A stretch of 63,819 nt of DNA, counting the filler, from an uncultured Methanoregulaceae archaeon (GTDB lineage Archaea > Halobacteriota > Methanomicrobia > Methanomicrobiales > Methanospirillaceae): assembly GCA_964530035.1 (NCBI GenBank). It is 3 parts of 3 records of this genome, joined end to end, with 100 filler letters (N's around TTAATTAATTAA, not from the genome) between each part and the next. Parts side by side here need not be neighbours in the genome. Positions count along the whole stretch, not along the records: positions 23,414 to 46,574 come from CAZGXZ010000017.1; positions 46,675 to 63,819 come from CAZGXZ010000035.1; 1 more part is not named here. One strand, given 5' to 3'. Positions 38,060 to 47,134 of the stretch are shown here, piece by piece (positions within the stretch are counted from its first letter, which is position 1; every line of letters starts with the position of its first letter). The translations under genes and the position numbers were made by a program. Below the pieces are notes generated by a model that saw nothing but the letters and a program-made list of their open reading frames with translations, was not told where the DNA came from and did no database searches.

Positions 38060-40870
38060 TTGGACCCGGTGTATGAACTCCTCGCAGTCTTCGCATGGCT
38101 GGCCACCCTCAAGTTCTTTCAGCTGGCACTGTATCCGCCTTTGAAACACACTTTCGGGAAGAGTGCATATCCCATTGCATATCCCGCGGGATTCCTTTTA
38201 TTTGGTATTTTGTCCTGGTATTGCGGTGTCCTCCGCATCCCCCTGACCGTTGCGGTCATCCCCCTTGCTGTGCTTTTTGGCTGGAACCTGCTGAACCGGG
38301 AGTTCAGTTTTAAGGACCTGTCAGAAAACATCCTGTCAGATTTCATTTTTCTCATCGGCTTTGCATTCGTTCTCGAAACGAGGTTCATAAACCCGGTGAT
38401 TACGACTTTTTCCGAGGGCTTCATGGACCATGCGTTTATCGCGTCCATTATGAGGACCGGCATCGTGCCACCCCCTGACCCCTGGTTCGCCCCGGAATCG
38501 CTGACAATGTATTATTACTATGGGCACTGGCTTGTCGCCGCCCCGGGGGCGGTACTTGGTATCGCCTCTTCGGTGGTATACAACCTTGCCCTGCCAACCG
38601 TTTTCGGGCTGGGTTTTGTCACTTTATACGCCATAGGGAACCTGTATTCGTCCCGGTTTGCATGGTTGTCACTCGGGTCCATGCTGTTTTTTACCCCTGC
38701 CGTTTTCCATGCGGCTTTAACGAACCCTGATGGAGGGTTGTATGCAATCCTGGACCAGGCGCGGTACCCGATTCCCGGGACCCTCGTGGACTATCCCCTG
38801 TACCCGATGTGGATCGGGGATGTCCATGCGAACCTTATCGGGGTCTTCAACCAGTTCTTCCTGGTGTTCCTCCTCGCATTCGCCCTCCTCCGGTGGCAGG
38901 TCCTGGACAGGAGATCGGGAATAATACTCGCCGTCCTCACCGGTATCTCCCTTGGGGCGGTCCCTGCCATCAACTCCTGGGATATCCTGCTCTATGTCCC
39001 TCTTGTCCTGATCGCCGGGGTAATCATATGGTGGCGGTGGTTTTTCCAGGCACGCGAAGGCCCCACCCCCCTCCTGCTCCTCCCGGGTGTACCCCTGCTG
39101 GCGGGAGTACTCTACCTGCCGTATCACCTTTCATTCAAAGTCACGGGCGTAAGCGGTCTTGGTCTTGTCCATTCTCCCACGCAGGCCGTCCCATTTCTCC
39201 TTGCTGCAGGCTTTTTCGTCCTGTTTTACACGGTATACGGCCTTGACCGGATGAAGGAACGGCCCTGGCTTATCGTCTGTGTCATCCCGTTTCTCTTCGG
39301 AGGATATCCCGCCGTTGGACTCGCACTTCTCCCCCTCATCTATCTGGTCGAACGCCGTGACTGGTCTGTCCCGTGCCTCCTGGCGATCGCCGGTTTTTCC
39401 CTCATTATCTTTGTCGAGTTTTTCCATCTCAACGAAGCGCTTTCAGGGGATAACGAGCGGTTCAACACGATCCTCAAGGTGTACTTCTCGGTACTGATCG
39501 TCCTCGCCCTGTCGGCCAGCCTGATAGCCGCGCAATGGCTGGACCGGCGGTCTCCCCTGCTGACGCACCGGTCGAAGAAAATCGCTGCTGCAGCTGCAGT
39601 CGTAATGTTCCTTGCCGCTCCTGCGGTCCTGCAGATCGATATCGGAAAAGGGCTTCTTGGAATTTCATATCCATCCGGGTATTTCACCCTTGATGGCATT
39701 GCATACGTGGATTCAGTCAGTCCCGGAGATGCGGATGCCATCAGGTTCCTGCGGTCGAGAAACATGAATGATACGATTGTCGAGGCATTTGGAGGCGACT
39801 ATTCGTATTATTCAAGGGTGTCTTCGTTTACGGGGTTGCCGACCATCCTCGGCCAGCTGAACGCGCATGAATTCGGCTGGAGGGGCGATACGGACGGGTG
39901 GTACTGGTACCGGCAGGACGATATTGCCGATATCTATCAAAACCCTGAGAAAGCCGTGTCGCTCATGGACAAGTACCACGCGAACCTGTTGTACGTCGGC
40001 GATGCCGAACGGGAAAAATACAACGTTTCCCTCCCTGAAACCGGTCTTGCCGAGATTTACAATGAAAAAGGTGTCCAGATATACGAACGTATTCCAGGTC
40101 CCCCAGGGGCGGGCACTGACCATGGGGATGTTTCCCGGGTCATAGAAACCCCCGGGGAGTATGGACTTGACAGGGATCTCGTAGTGACAGGGGAAGAGCC
40201 AGGCCTGGAAATAAGGACCTCTGACGTGGTGATCAAGGGGAACGGTCACCGGATCGTTTCAGGCAGTGATACCTGGGGGACCGGGATGGGGGTCGCGGTG
40301 TATATCCCGTCAGGCGTCGTTGCGAACGTAACCCTGGAAGACCTGCGTATCACTGGTTTTAAGACCGGGTTGTATGTCGTGAACGCGGAAAAATTCCATC
40401 TCGAGGATTCTGAGGTCCAGGATAACACCGAAGGTGTCGCATTGACATTCTGCGAGGAGGTATATGTCGAAAACAGCGTTATCCATGGTTCAGAATTTGG
40501 GTTATTGCTGGAAGGCACGGGACATAGTGTTATCACAGGCAACAGGGTCGAGCAGAACCGCATCGGACTGACCATGAGGGACGCGGTTGGAAACCACGTA
40601 TACAACAATGTCTTTTCAAACGAACGTAATGTCTTCGAGGAAGGGATAGTGATGAACTCCTGGAACACAACACCAGGCCTTGGGCCGAACATCGCCGGAG
40701 GACCCCAGGTAGGGGGAAACCTCTGGCTCTTCCCTGACAACCGACCCGTAATGCAGGGGTGCGGCGATGAAGATTCCAACGGGTTATGCGACGAACCGTT
40801 CCGTATCTCTGACAACAGTACTGACATGCACCCCCTCGTCGAAACCCCGGGGAACGTGCTGACGTATTGA
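38060..40870 (+). CDS. DUF2298 (YYY-motif) multi-TM protein fused to a C-terminal NosD/CASH beta-helix
   Basis: EGFMD..F...PP.DPWF...YYYYGH, GDVHA, NSWD, RFNTILK.Y, SSFTGLPTILG...HE.GWR; C-terminal I..PG.Y.L..D, GNGH, NHVYNNVF.N, WN...GPNIAGGP.VGGN.W, D.HPL. Confidence 0.85.
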   Translation: MDPVYELLAVFAWLATLKFFQLALYPPLKHTFGKSAYPIAYPAGFLLFGILSWYCGVLRIPLTVAVIPLAVLFGWNLLNREFSFKDLSENILSDFIFLIGFAFVLETRFINPVITTFSEGFMDHAFIASIMRTGIVPPPDPWFAPESLTMYYYYGHWLVAAPGAVLGIASSVVYNLALPTVFGLGFVTLYAIGNLYSSRFAWLSLGSMLFFTPAVFHAALTNPDGGLYAILDQARYPIPGTLVDYPLYPMWIGDVHANLIGVFNQFFLVFLLAFALLRWQVLDRRSGIILAVLTGISLGAVPAINSWDILLYVPLVLIAGVIIWWRWFFQAREGPTPLLLLPGVPLLAGVLYLPYHLSFKVTGVSGLGLVHSPTQAVPFLLAAGFFVLFYTVYGLDRMKERPWLIVCVIPFLFGGYPAVGLALLPLIYLVERRDWSVPCLLAIAGFSLIIFVEFFHLNEALSGDNERFNTILKVYFSVLIVLALSASLIAAQWLDRRSPLLTHRSKKIAAAAAVVMFLAAPAVLQIDIGKGLLGISYPSGYFTLDGIAYVDSVSPGDADAIRFLRSRNMNDTIVEAFGGDYSYYSRVSSFTGLPTILGQLNAHEFGWRGDTDGWYWYRQDDIADIYQNPEKAVSLMDKYHANLLYVGDAEREKYNVSLPETGLAEIYNEKGVQIYERIPGPPGAGTDHGDVSRVIETPGEYGLDRDLVVTGEEPGLEIRTSDVVIKGNGHRIVSGSDTWGTGMGVAVYIPSGVVANVTLEDLRITGFKTGLYVVNAEKFHLEDSEVQDNTEGVALTFCEEVYVENSVIHGSEFGLLLEGTGHSVITGNRVEQNRIGLTMRDAVGNHVYNNVFSNERNVFEEGIVMNSWNTTPGLGPNIAGGPQVGGNLWLFPDNRPVMQGCGDEDSNGLCDEPFRISDNSTDMHPLVETPGNVLTY

Positions 40871-41265
40871 TGGGGTGGTTTTGTGAGAGGACCCGGACCA
40901 GGCGACCCGGAATACCCGCCGGAGATGTATCCGGTTTATCACCCGGGGTCCGGCTTCTGGTTCGCCCCGACAGGGGGGCGGCCCCCGGGCCCGGGTTGAG
41001 CATGTTACGGAAGGCTGCCTCCGGTGCACTGTTTTCCCCTGGGATGTCCGTGCCAGGGCGTACACGGGTCATGAGTAGGGACGATTCCCGGGTATCCTGC
41101 TCCCTGATGCAGGATACGGGTGACCCGGATGACCTGCCACTCCGGCATTTCATCGCGGTTCCTGGTGACCCTGTTCGCAATCGTTTTCTTTACCATTTTT
41201 ATCATACCGTCACACACCATTATCCCGGAGTTCGTTTCCCCAATGATCCGTGCGAGGTTTGACCG

Positions 41266-42216
41266 TTGAAGGGAGACCCTGGGAAAGAAAAGGGCCCATG
41301 GCTCGCCGTCACAGGATATGGCAGTCACATCAGTGCGTCAGGGAGGGCCCTTGTCATCCGGAAGGGCGGGACGAGGGAGGAATACCCTCTGGTGCAGGTG
41401 CGGCACCTCCTCATCATGGGTGGTCACACCCTGCAGACTTCAGCGATACTGCACCTCCTGAAACAGGGCAGCCTCATCTCCTTCTTTTCCACGGATGGGG
41501 TGCCCCTTGGGACGGCTATGCCCTTCGGGGAAAACAGGGCCGGCGAGGTCCGGGACGCCCAGCACCGCGTCCAGGGGCACCGGTATGCCCTTGAGTTCAT
41601 CCGCGGGTCCTGCAGGGCCCGCATTCTCTACCTCGAAGAGGTGTCCCATGCACGTGGTGAGCCCCTTCTCCTGCGGGGGGAGCTTGAGATCCTCCACCAG
41701 GCCGCGGCCGAGATCGAGTTCCTTGTTACCATGGAGGAACTCAGGCGGGTGTTCCGCCTTGTCACGAACATGTATTACGAGGTCCTGGCACGTTCAGTCC
41801 CTGCTTCATACGGGTTCAGGCGGAGGACTGACCCGCCCCAGAGGGATATCATCAATGCTATGCTGACGTTCGGCTATTCGATGCTGTTTGGAAACGGCAT
41901 GATATCCGTTGTTGCCGCAGGTCTCGACCCCGATTCAGGGTTTCTCTTTCAGGGTGAACGGAGCCTGGTATACGACCTCATCGAATCGCACAAGGTGGCC
42001 ATGATTGACCGCCCGGTTTTCGAGGCGGTGTGGTCCGGGAGGATCCGCGAGGATATGGGTGAATGCAACGAAACCCGTTGCATTCTTTCTGATACGCTGG
42101 TCAGGGGACTCATCCGTCTCTTCCAGGGATCCATCGACCAGGGCCTCCTTGACAGGGACACCTCGGCGCTCGCCGGATCCCTTCTGGACAACACGTCGTT
42201 CGTGCTGGGGCGATAA
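41266..42216 (+). CDS. cas1: Stand-alone Cas1-family protein (solo Cas1, probably catalytically inactive)
   Basis: GYGSHI...LVI, FFSTDG.PLG, F.RR..PP.DIINAMLTFGYSML, GLDP..GFL, SLVYDLIE...IDRPV Cas1 signature. No array or other cas gene nearby. Confidence 0.88.
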   Translation: MKGDPGKEKGPWLAVTGYGSHISASGRALVIRKGGTREEYPLVQVRHLLIMGGHTLQTSAILHLLKQGSLISFFSTDGVPLGTAMPFGENRAGEVRDAQHRVQGHRYALEFIRGSCRARILYLEEVSHARGEPLLLRGELEILHQAAAEIEFLVTMEELRRVFRLVTNMYYEVLARSVPASYGFRRRTDPPQRDIINAMLTFGYSMLFGNGMISVVAAGLDPDSGFLFQGERSLVYDLIESHKVAMIDRPVFEAVWSGRIREDMGECNETRCILSDTLVRGLIRLFQGSIDQGLLDRDTSALAGSLLDNTSFVLGR

Positions 42217-42334
42217 AAGACCATTTCCGTTCCAGGATGCCCGGGGAACAGCTGTATCCTGCCCCTGGCATTCCGGCCCCTTTCCCGTGGGGCGCTCCGG
42301 AAGCGGCAGGCCGGAAGAACGGCAACGTCCTGGA

Positions 42335-42634
42335 TCAATGCGAATCTATACTGGTATCGGGATAACGGATTTGGAAATCAAAGAAACGGATGTACGGAAA
42401 ATCACTCTGGCGGATGTCCCTGATGACCGCACGGGGGCAGCTGTACAGCATTGAGATGAATTTTTCTGCCATGATCAGGTCTGTTGTTGCGAGGACCCTG
42501 ACCGTGCCGTCCGGCAGGTTAATGACCTCGCCGGTTACGGACAGCCGTCCCGCTATCCTCCTGACACATGAGCGAAATCCAACGCCCTGGACCCTTCCGG
42601 AGACGATAATTTCAAACGTCCTCTGCTCCACCAT
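42335..42634 (-). CDS. acyP: Acylphosphatase
   Basis: VSGRVQGVGFR...GEVINLPDGTV. Confidence 0.93.
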   Translation of the reverse strand: MVEQRTFEIIVSGRVQGVGFRSCVRRIAGRLSVTGEVINLPDGTVRVLATTDLIMAEKFISMLYSCPRAVIRDIRQSDFPYIRFFDFQIRYPDTSIDSH

Positions 42635-42959
42635 GGTTCCCCTTTCCGTCGTTGCAGCGGGTATCAGTCCTGTGAAGTGATACTAAGGTGCTGTTTTTTT
42701 AAAAAGATGGGTGGTGCGTGGTGAGGTGAAGGTTTTTCGGTGTATGCAACGGGTACCATGTCCCCTTGGAATATATAGCACCCGGCAGTTTATGGACGCA
42801 TCCAGTGCCCCCCCCCATGCCCTGGCAGGAGGTATGACTGCGTTGTTAATCAAGGGCTATTTGTAAAAAGAGATTGATGTAGAGGGGATTTGTATTCTCC
42901 CCGGGAAAGAGACCCGGCCTGGACCGGGACATAAGGGCATGGAATGAATGGCCCGTTTC

Positions 42960-44333
42960 CTATGGTGCAATGAATGGGTCGATAATTCTCCTGATTTCTG
43001 AATAAAACTGTTGTGCCTCGTTTTCAGACTCTGCCTCGACCATGACCCTGACAAAAGGCTCTGTCCCTGAAGGCCTCACCAGTGCCCATGCAGGTCCCCT
43101 GGTAACCCGGATCCCGTCAATGGTCGTACTCGGAAGTGCGGAGTACTCACTTTTGAGCGCCTGGATCATTTCCTGTGCCCTCGATGTGTGGACCTTTTCC
43201 TTGATCATGACTGACGGGGGGAGGGCTTTTACCAGGTCCGAGAGGGATTTACCTGTCCCGGCGAGGAGTGAGACCATCATCGCCGCCGTCATCCCGCCGT
43301 CCCTGCAGAACTGGTGGTCAGGGAAGATCAGTCCGCCGTTCCCTTCCCCTCCAAAAACAACCTTTTCTTTCGCCGAGATGAGGGCTATCATCCGCCTGGC
43401 GACATAGATACTGCCTACGGGAGTGTAGTCAACCGAACAGTCGTGTCGCCTGGCAATTTTTTCAATGAGGGACGAGGTACTGACCGGCGTCACGATGACT
43501 CCCCGTTTTCCTGTGCATACCATGTCGGCGATAAGGGCGAACTCCTTGTTCTCCTCGAGGTACTGCCCGGTTTCGTCGATAAAGACCGCCCTGTCTGCGT
43601 CACCGTCATGGGCAATGCCGAAGGCGGCACCCGTTTCAGTAACCAGGGTTGCAAGAGCGCTCAAGCCCTCGGTCGAGGGTTCAGGGAGCCTCCCCGGGAA
43701 ACGGCCGTCCGGCTGGGCATTGAGGCTCACGACCCTGCACCCCAGACGTGAGAGGATTGCCGGCGTCGTGGAGCATGCTGCCCCGGAACCGGTATCCACT
43801 GCAACCGTCATTCCCTTGCCAGGGAGCCCCGGGAAATGGTCTGCGATGGAAGAGACGTATTCATCAACGAGTAACGGGGCAACCTTCTCAGTCCCGACAC
43901 CCTCCCAGTCCTTCAGGGAGAAAGACCGGGAAAAAATCCTTTTTTCAAGGAGGACCGCCTCGTGGTCGTCCATCTCCGTTCCGTCCGCCTCGATGACCTT
44001 GACCCCGTTATATTCGGGCGGGTTGTGTGATGCGGTGATGACCGCACCGGCATCGAAGTGGTTCCTGACAATATACTGGAGTGCCGGGGTCGGAAGGATA
44101 CCGCAATCGATAACATCACACCCGGTCGCCATCAGGCCGGCTTTTATGGCCGAGATAAGCGCGGGTCCTGACGTCCGGCTGTCGCGTCCAACGGCAACGG
44201 TCCCTTGTCTCATCGATCCAAGTGCCATCCCGATTGCGAGGACAAGGTCTGGTGTCATTCCCTGTCCGGTTATTCCTCTCACACCGTTCGTCCCGAACAG
44301 TTGTTTCTCCACATTTTTTCCGGATTGGTCCAT
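42960..44333 (-). CDS. glmM: Phosphoglucosamine mutase / PMM-PGM family
   Basis: LFGTNGVRG, TASHNPPEYNG, HDGDADR, GGEGNGG, RPSGTEP. Exact substrate specificity not resolvable. Confidence 0.85.
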   Translation of the reverse strand: MDQSGKNVEKQLFGTNGVRGITGQGMTPDLVLAIGMALGSMRQGTVAVGRDSRTSGPALISAIKAGLMATGCDVIDCGILPTPALQYIVRNHFDAGAVITASHNPPEYNGVKVIEADGTEMDDHEAVLLEKRIFSRSFSLKDWEGVGTEKVAPLLVDEYVSSIADHFPGLPGKGMTVAVDTGSGAACSTTPAILSRLGCRVVSLNAQPDGRFPGRLPEPSTEGLSALATLVTETGAAFGIAHDGDADRAVFIDETGQYLEENKEFALIADMVCTGKRGVIVTPVSTSSLIEKIARRHDCSVDYTPVGSIYVARRMIALISAKEKVVFGGEGNGGLIFPDHQFCRDGGMTAAMMVSLLAGTGKSLSDLVKALPPSVMIKEKVHTSRAQEMIQALKSEYSALPSTTIDGIRVTRGPAWALVRPSGTEPFVRVMVEAESENEAQQFYSEIRRIIDPFIAP

Positions 44334-44458
44334 TCAGATTCCTTCCTGCCTGGGAGCCCGGGAACAGGTCCCGCCCAGCGAAGGCCCTTGTTCCCGACAA
44401 GGGCGTGCTGGTAGGTATTCGTTGCGCCGTTACAAAAAACACTCCACGGACCGGTGCA

Positions 44459-45091
44459 TCAGGTCATATCCGGGGAATGATCCTTTTCCTGGCTCTGCCC
44501 GGTATCGCCGGATGGTTCTTCTTCTGGAGGTTCCTGGCTGTTTTCCGCTTTCATGACCCGTACCCCTGATTTTCGGGCTGCACGCTCGGCATCGCGCCGG
44601 GTAAGCAGTTCCGAAGCCGCCTTGGCGACCTGCCGCATGACTTCCGAGATATGGTCTTCGATCTCCAGCTCCTCATCGATCTCCAGCTCAGTACGCTCGA
44701 CCTCAAGGAGGAACCTGGCGACCTCGCTTGACTCGAAGAGCAGGTCATCGAGTTCCTCGGTCGTAAAAAAACCACATAAGGCTCCGTAGAAGAACGTGGC
44801 ACCCGACTTTCGCACTTTCTTCTTGAAGGAGTTGCGTGCCTGGTTGACAGCCTGGGGGGTGTATGGTTCCTTCATGAAGGGGACAAGTTCAGGGAGGTTC
44901 TGACCGATGAAGGTCATCTCTGCTCCTCCGCTCGTCCTGAAATCAGAACAGAGCCTTGCCAGGGCCCATTCCCGCGCTGTTATGTAGGTCCTTCTCCTGA
45001 GGAACTGGTTTACCTTGCGGTAGGTGGCTCCCTCGACCTTTTTAAAACGTTTGTACTTGTTAACGGTAGTTTTCGGGTCTTCGGTTGTCAT
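44459..45091 (-). CDS. Conserved euryarchaeal hypothetical protein (DUF5806-like)
   Basis: KYKRFKK.EGA.Y.KVNQFLR..TYITAREWA.ARLC...PYT.QAVNQAR; family recalled from memory. Confidence 0.75.
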   Translation of the reverse strand: MTTEDPKTTVNKYKRFKKVEGATYRKVNQFLRRRTYITAREWALARLCSDFRTSGGAEMTFIGQNLPELVPFMKEPYTPQAVNQARNSFKKKVRKSGATFFYGALCGFFTTEELDDLLFESSEVARFLLEVERTELEIDEELEIEDHISEVMRQVAKAASELLTRRDAERAARKSGVRVMKAENSQEPPEEEPSGDTGQSQEKDHSPDMT

Positions 45092-45719
45092 AACCTGGAT
45101 ACTCAGGGGATACTCTTAGATGGTCGGCATCCGTTGATATAGGTTCATGGCGCTGCCAGGATACCGGTCTTCCGGGTCCCATCGGTCAACGACGAAATCG
45201 TCTCCAGCTGGGTTGCCCGTGGTCTGATCGGTGACGGTATGGGCTGGTCCGGAGGTGTCCCGAAATGGCTGGCAGTACCGTCTTGATTGGTGCTGCTGGG
45301 TCTGTCAGGACTCTCATGGTGATTTCATGCCACACCTGGCTGTGAAGCATGAAGATCCTGGGAGTGTCACCCTGCCGGTACTGACGGACGGCACTGCTCC
45401 CGGATTTCCTGCCGGGATACGGGTCCGGGGCACGGGGCGGTCGTTGTTAAGGGATGCGTTTTTCAGTATCGGGGGGATGGGTATCCAGATGCACCGGTGG
45501 GCGTCACAACCGGGACATGTGCTGAAAAGAGACGCCCAGATCGATCGAATCCTCAAAAACGGATCAGGATCACGTTTTCTCCAGAAAACGTTAAACATTA
45601 TTTCCTGCCCGTTCCCAGGAATGAATTCACAAAAAAAACTATTTCCCTGCGTTAATGGAGAAAAGTCCCCTCATTTTTACAAAGGATTATGTATTATGTT
45701 TTCAAGATAACGTTATACG

Positions 45720-46307
45720 ATGCCCCACCCAATCGTAAAAAACGGCGTCCGGATCCTAAGGCCGGCAGAGTACCAGAGGCTTCGGGATGCCGTGCGGGAC
45801 CTCCATAACCAGGTCTTCCTCGACCTCCTCCTCCATACCGGCATGAGGTACGAGGAGTTCCGGCGGTTCGCAGCACACCCGGAATGGTACGACCGGGAAA
45901 CGGCCACGATCAACCTCAACAGCGGAAAACCTGAGGCCCGCCAGAGGGAGCGCTGGATCTACCTGTCCGCCCCGGGGAGGAACGCCGTCGAGTACTTCCA
46001 GAAACTGAAAAGAGAACCGTCCAACCGTACCGTCTGGGACATCAACCTCCATCGGTGGGCTAAAAAGGCGGGACTCCCCGAAGGGGGCTGCGTCAGTGCC
46101 AAGACCACGAGAAAGACCTGGGAGTCGTGGCTCGTCACGGCGTATCCCCATGTCATCCCCCTGATCGTCATGAGCCTCGGGCATTCCGAGATAACCGCGA
46201 TGGGCCATTACCTCAACCTCCCCTTCACCGCCGAAGACAAGCGCCAGATGATGCATTACGTTGCCGGATGGGGCCCGGCAGAGATGGGCCACCCGGAAAA
46301 AGGGTGA
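45720..46307 (+). CDS. Minimal tyrosine recombinase (catalytic domain only)
   Basis: LLLHTGMRYEE (R), SGK (K), SAKTTRKT (KxxR in place of HxxR), SLGHS, GHYL (Y nucleophile); 195 aa. Confidence 0.85.
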   Translation: MPHPIVKNGVRILRPAEYQRLRDAVRDLHNQVFLDLLLHTGMRYEEFRRFAAHPEWYDRETATINLNSGKPEARQRERWIYLSAPGRNAVEYFQKLKREPSNRTVWDINLHRWAKKAGLPEGGCVSAKTTRKTWESWLVTAYPHVIPLIVMSLGHSEITAMGHYLNLPFTAEDKRQMMHYVAGWGPAEMGHPEKG

Positions 46308-46465
46308 CGGGAAAAAGAACCTGGACCGGGTCCGACGGAGGGTACAGGGGCCCCGGTGCCCAGGCTGGATCTCATGCCGGTATGGTCCTGCTCCCATATC
46401 CGGCATGGAAGAAATTGTAATGGGGGGCTTTCACCTGGTCCTCGGCGATGAGAAACAGGATTTCT

Positions 46466-46574
46466 GGCTCTGTTGAGATCCTATGATTGGAATTGCAGCT
46501 GATGGAGGTCTCTCATAACAGGGTAAATAAAATTGAAGAGAGAGAAAATTTTAGCGGAACTAAAAAACTCATTT
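46466..46574 (-). mobile_element. MITE-like repeat, locus C (end fragment cut by contig gap)
   Basis: GGCTCTGTTGAGATCCTATGATTGGAATTG... is the reverse complement of the tail modules at 13540-13650 and 32260-32370; runs into the N gap. Confidence 0.75.
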
Positions 46575-46674
46575 NNNNNNNNNNNNNNNNNNNNNNNNNN
46601 NNNNNNNNNNNNNNNNNNTTAATTAATTAANNNNNNNNNNNNNNNNNNNNNNNNNNNNNNNNNNNNNNNNNNNN
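46575..46674. other. Artificial contig linker / assembly gap
   Basis: 44 N + TTAATTAATTAA + 44 N. Confidence 0.97.
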
Positions 46675-46979
46675 TCTGGGCACAGAAGTTCATCCTGAAG
46701 ACGCGGTTTTTCACCACGGCCCATACCGTGGGACACAAGGGGATTTTCATATCTACGGCGGGTTCTTCATGGGATAATGTCTTTGACAGTGCATTCCCGA
46801 TGATTACCGCTTTTTTCAACACCATGGGGTTCGAATACTACGACAACATCATCGCCAACAACCTTGATGTGTACCACGGGATTGGGGGTCATCCTACGGC
46901 ACTAAACGACGCCAGGTTCAAAGGGGAAGAGGTCGTACGAGCAATCAAAATGGTCAGGGAAAAGGGGCACGGACCATGA
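46675..46979 (+). CDS. C-terminal fragment of a flavodoxin / FMN-reductase family protein (5' end in gap)
   Basis: WAQKFILK...KGIFISTAG...FD...I..HPTAL..A...GE, typical C-terminus of iron-sulfur flavoproteins. Confidence 0.65.
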
Positions 46980-47134
46980 ACAGCCATTATGCAAGGAAAA
47001 TTCACTGTATGAACCGCTTTTTTCCTGGATCCTGCTGATCGGGGGCCCATAATCTGCATACCCGCGAGAGCGTAAGCAGTCCGGTTTATCCTAAGTCAGA
47101 GGAGACGGTTTCCAGGAAGTGGGGGCTTCCTGTG

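Noticed and set aside
40871..42334. CRISPR array next to cas1
   Set aside because: No regularly spaced 25-40 bp repeats seen here or elsewhere in the window.
42335..42634. Small gene next to cas1 as a Cas2
   Set aside because: Clear acylphosphatase signature (GRVQGVGFR, NLPDGTV) and convergent orientation.
41266..46574. Casposon or integrative element formed by cas1, the recombinase and the repeat end
   Set aside because: No PolB, no enclosing terminal repeats, Cas1 appears inactive, and housekeeping genes (acyP, glmM, DUF5806-like) lie between them.
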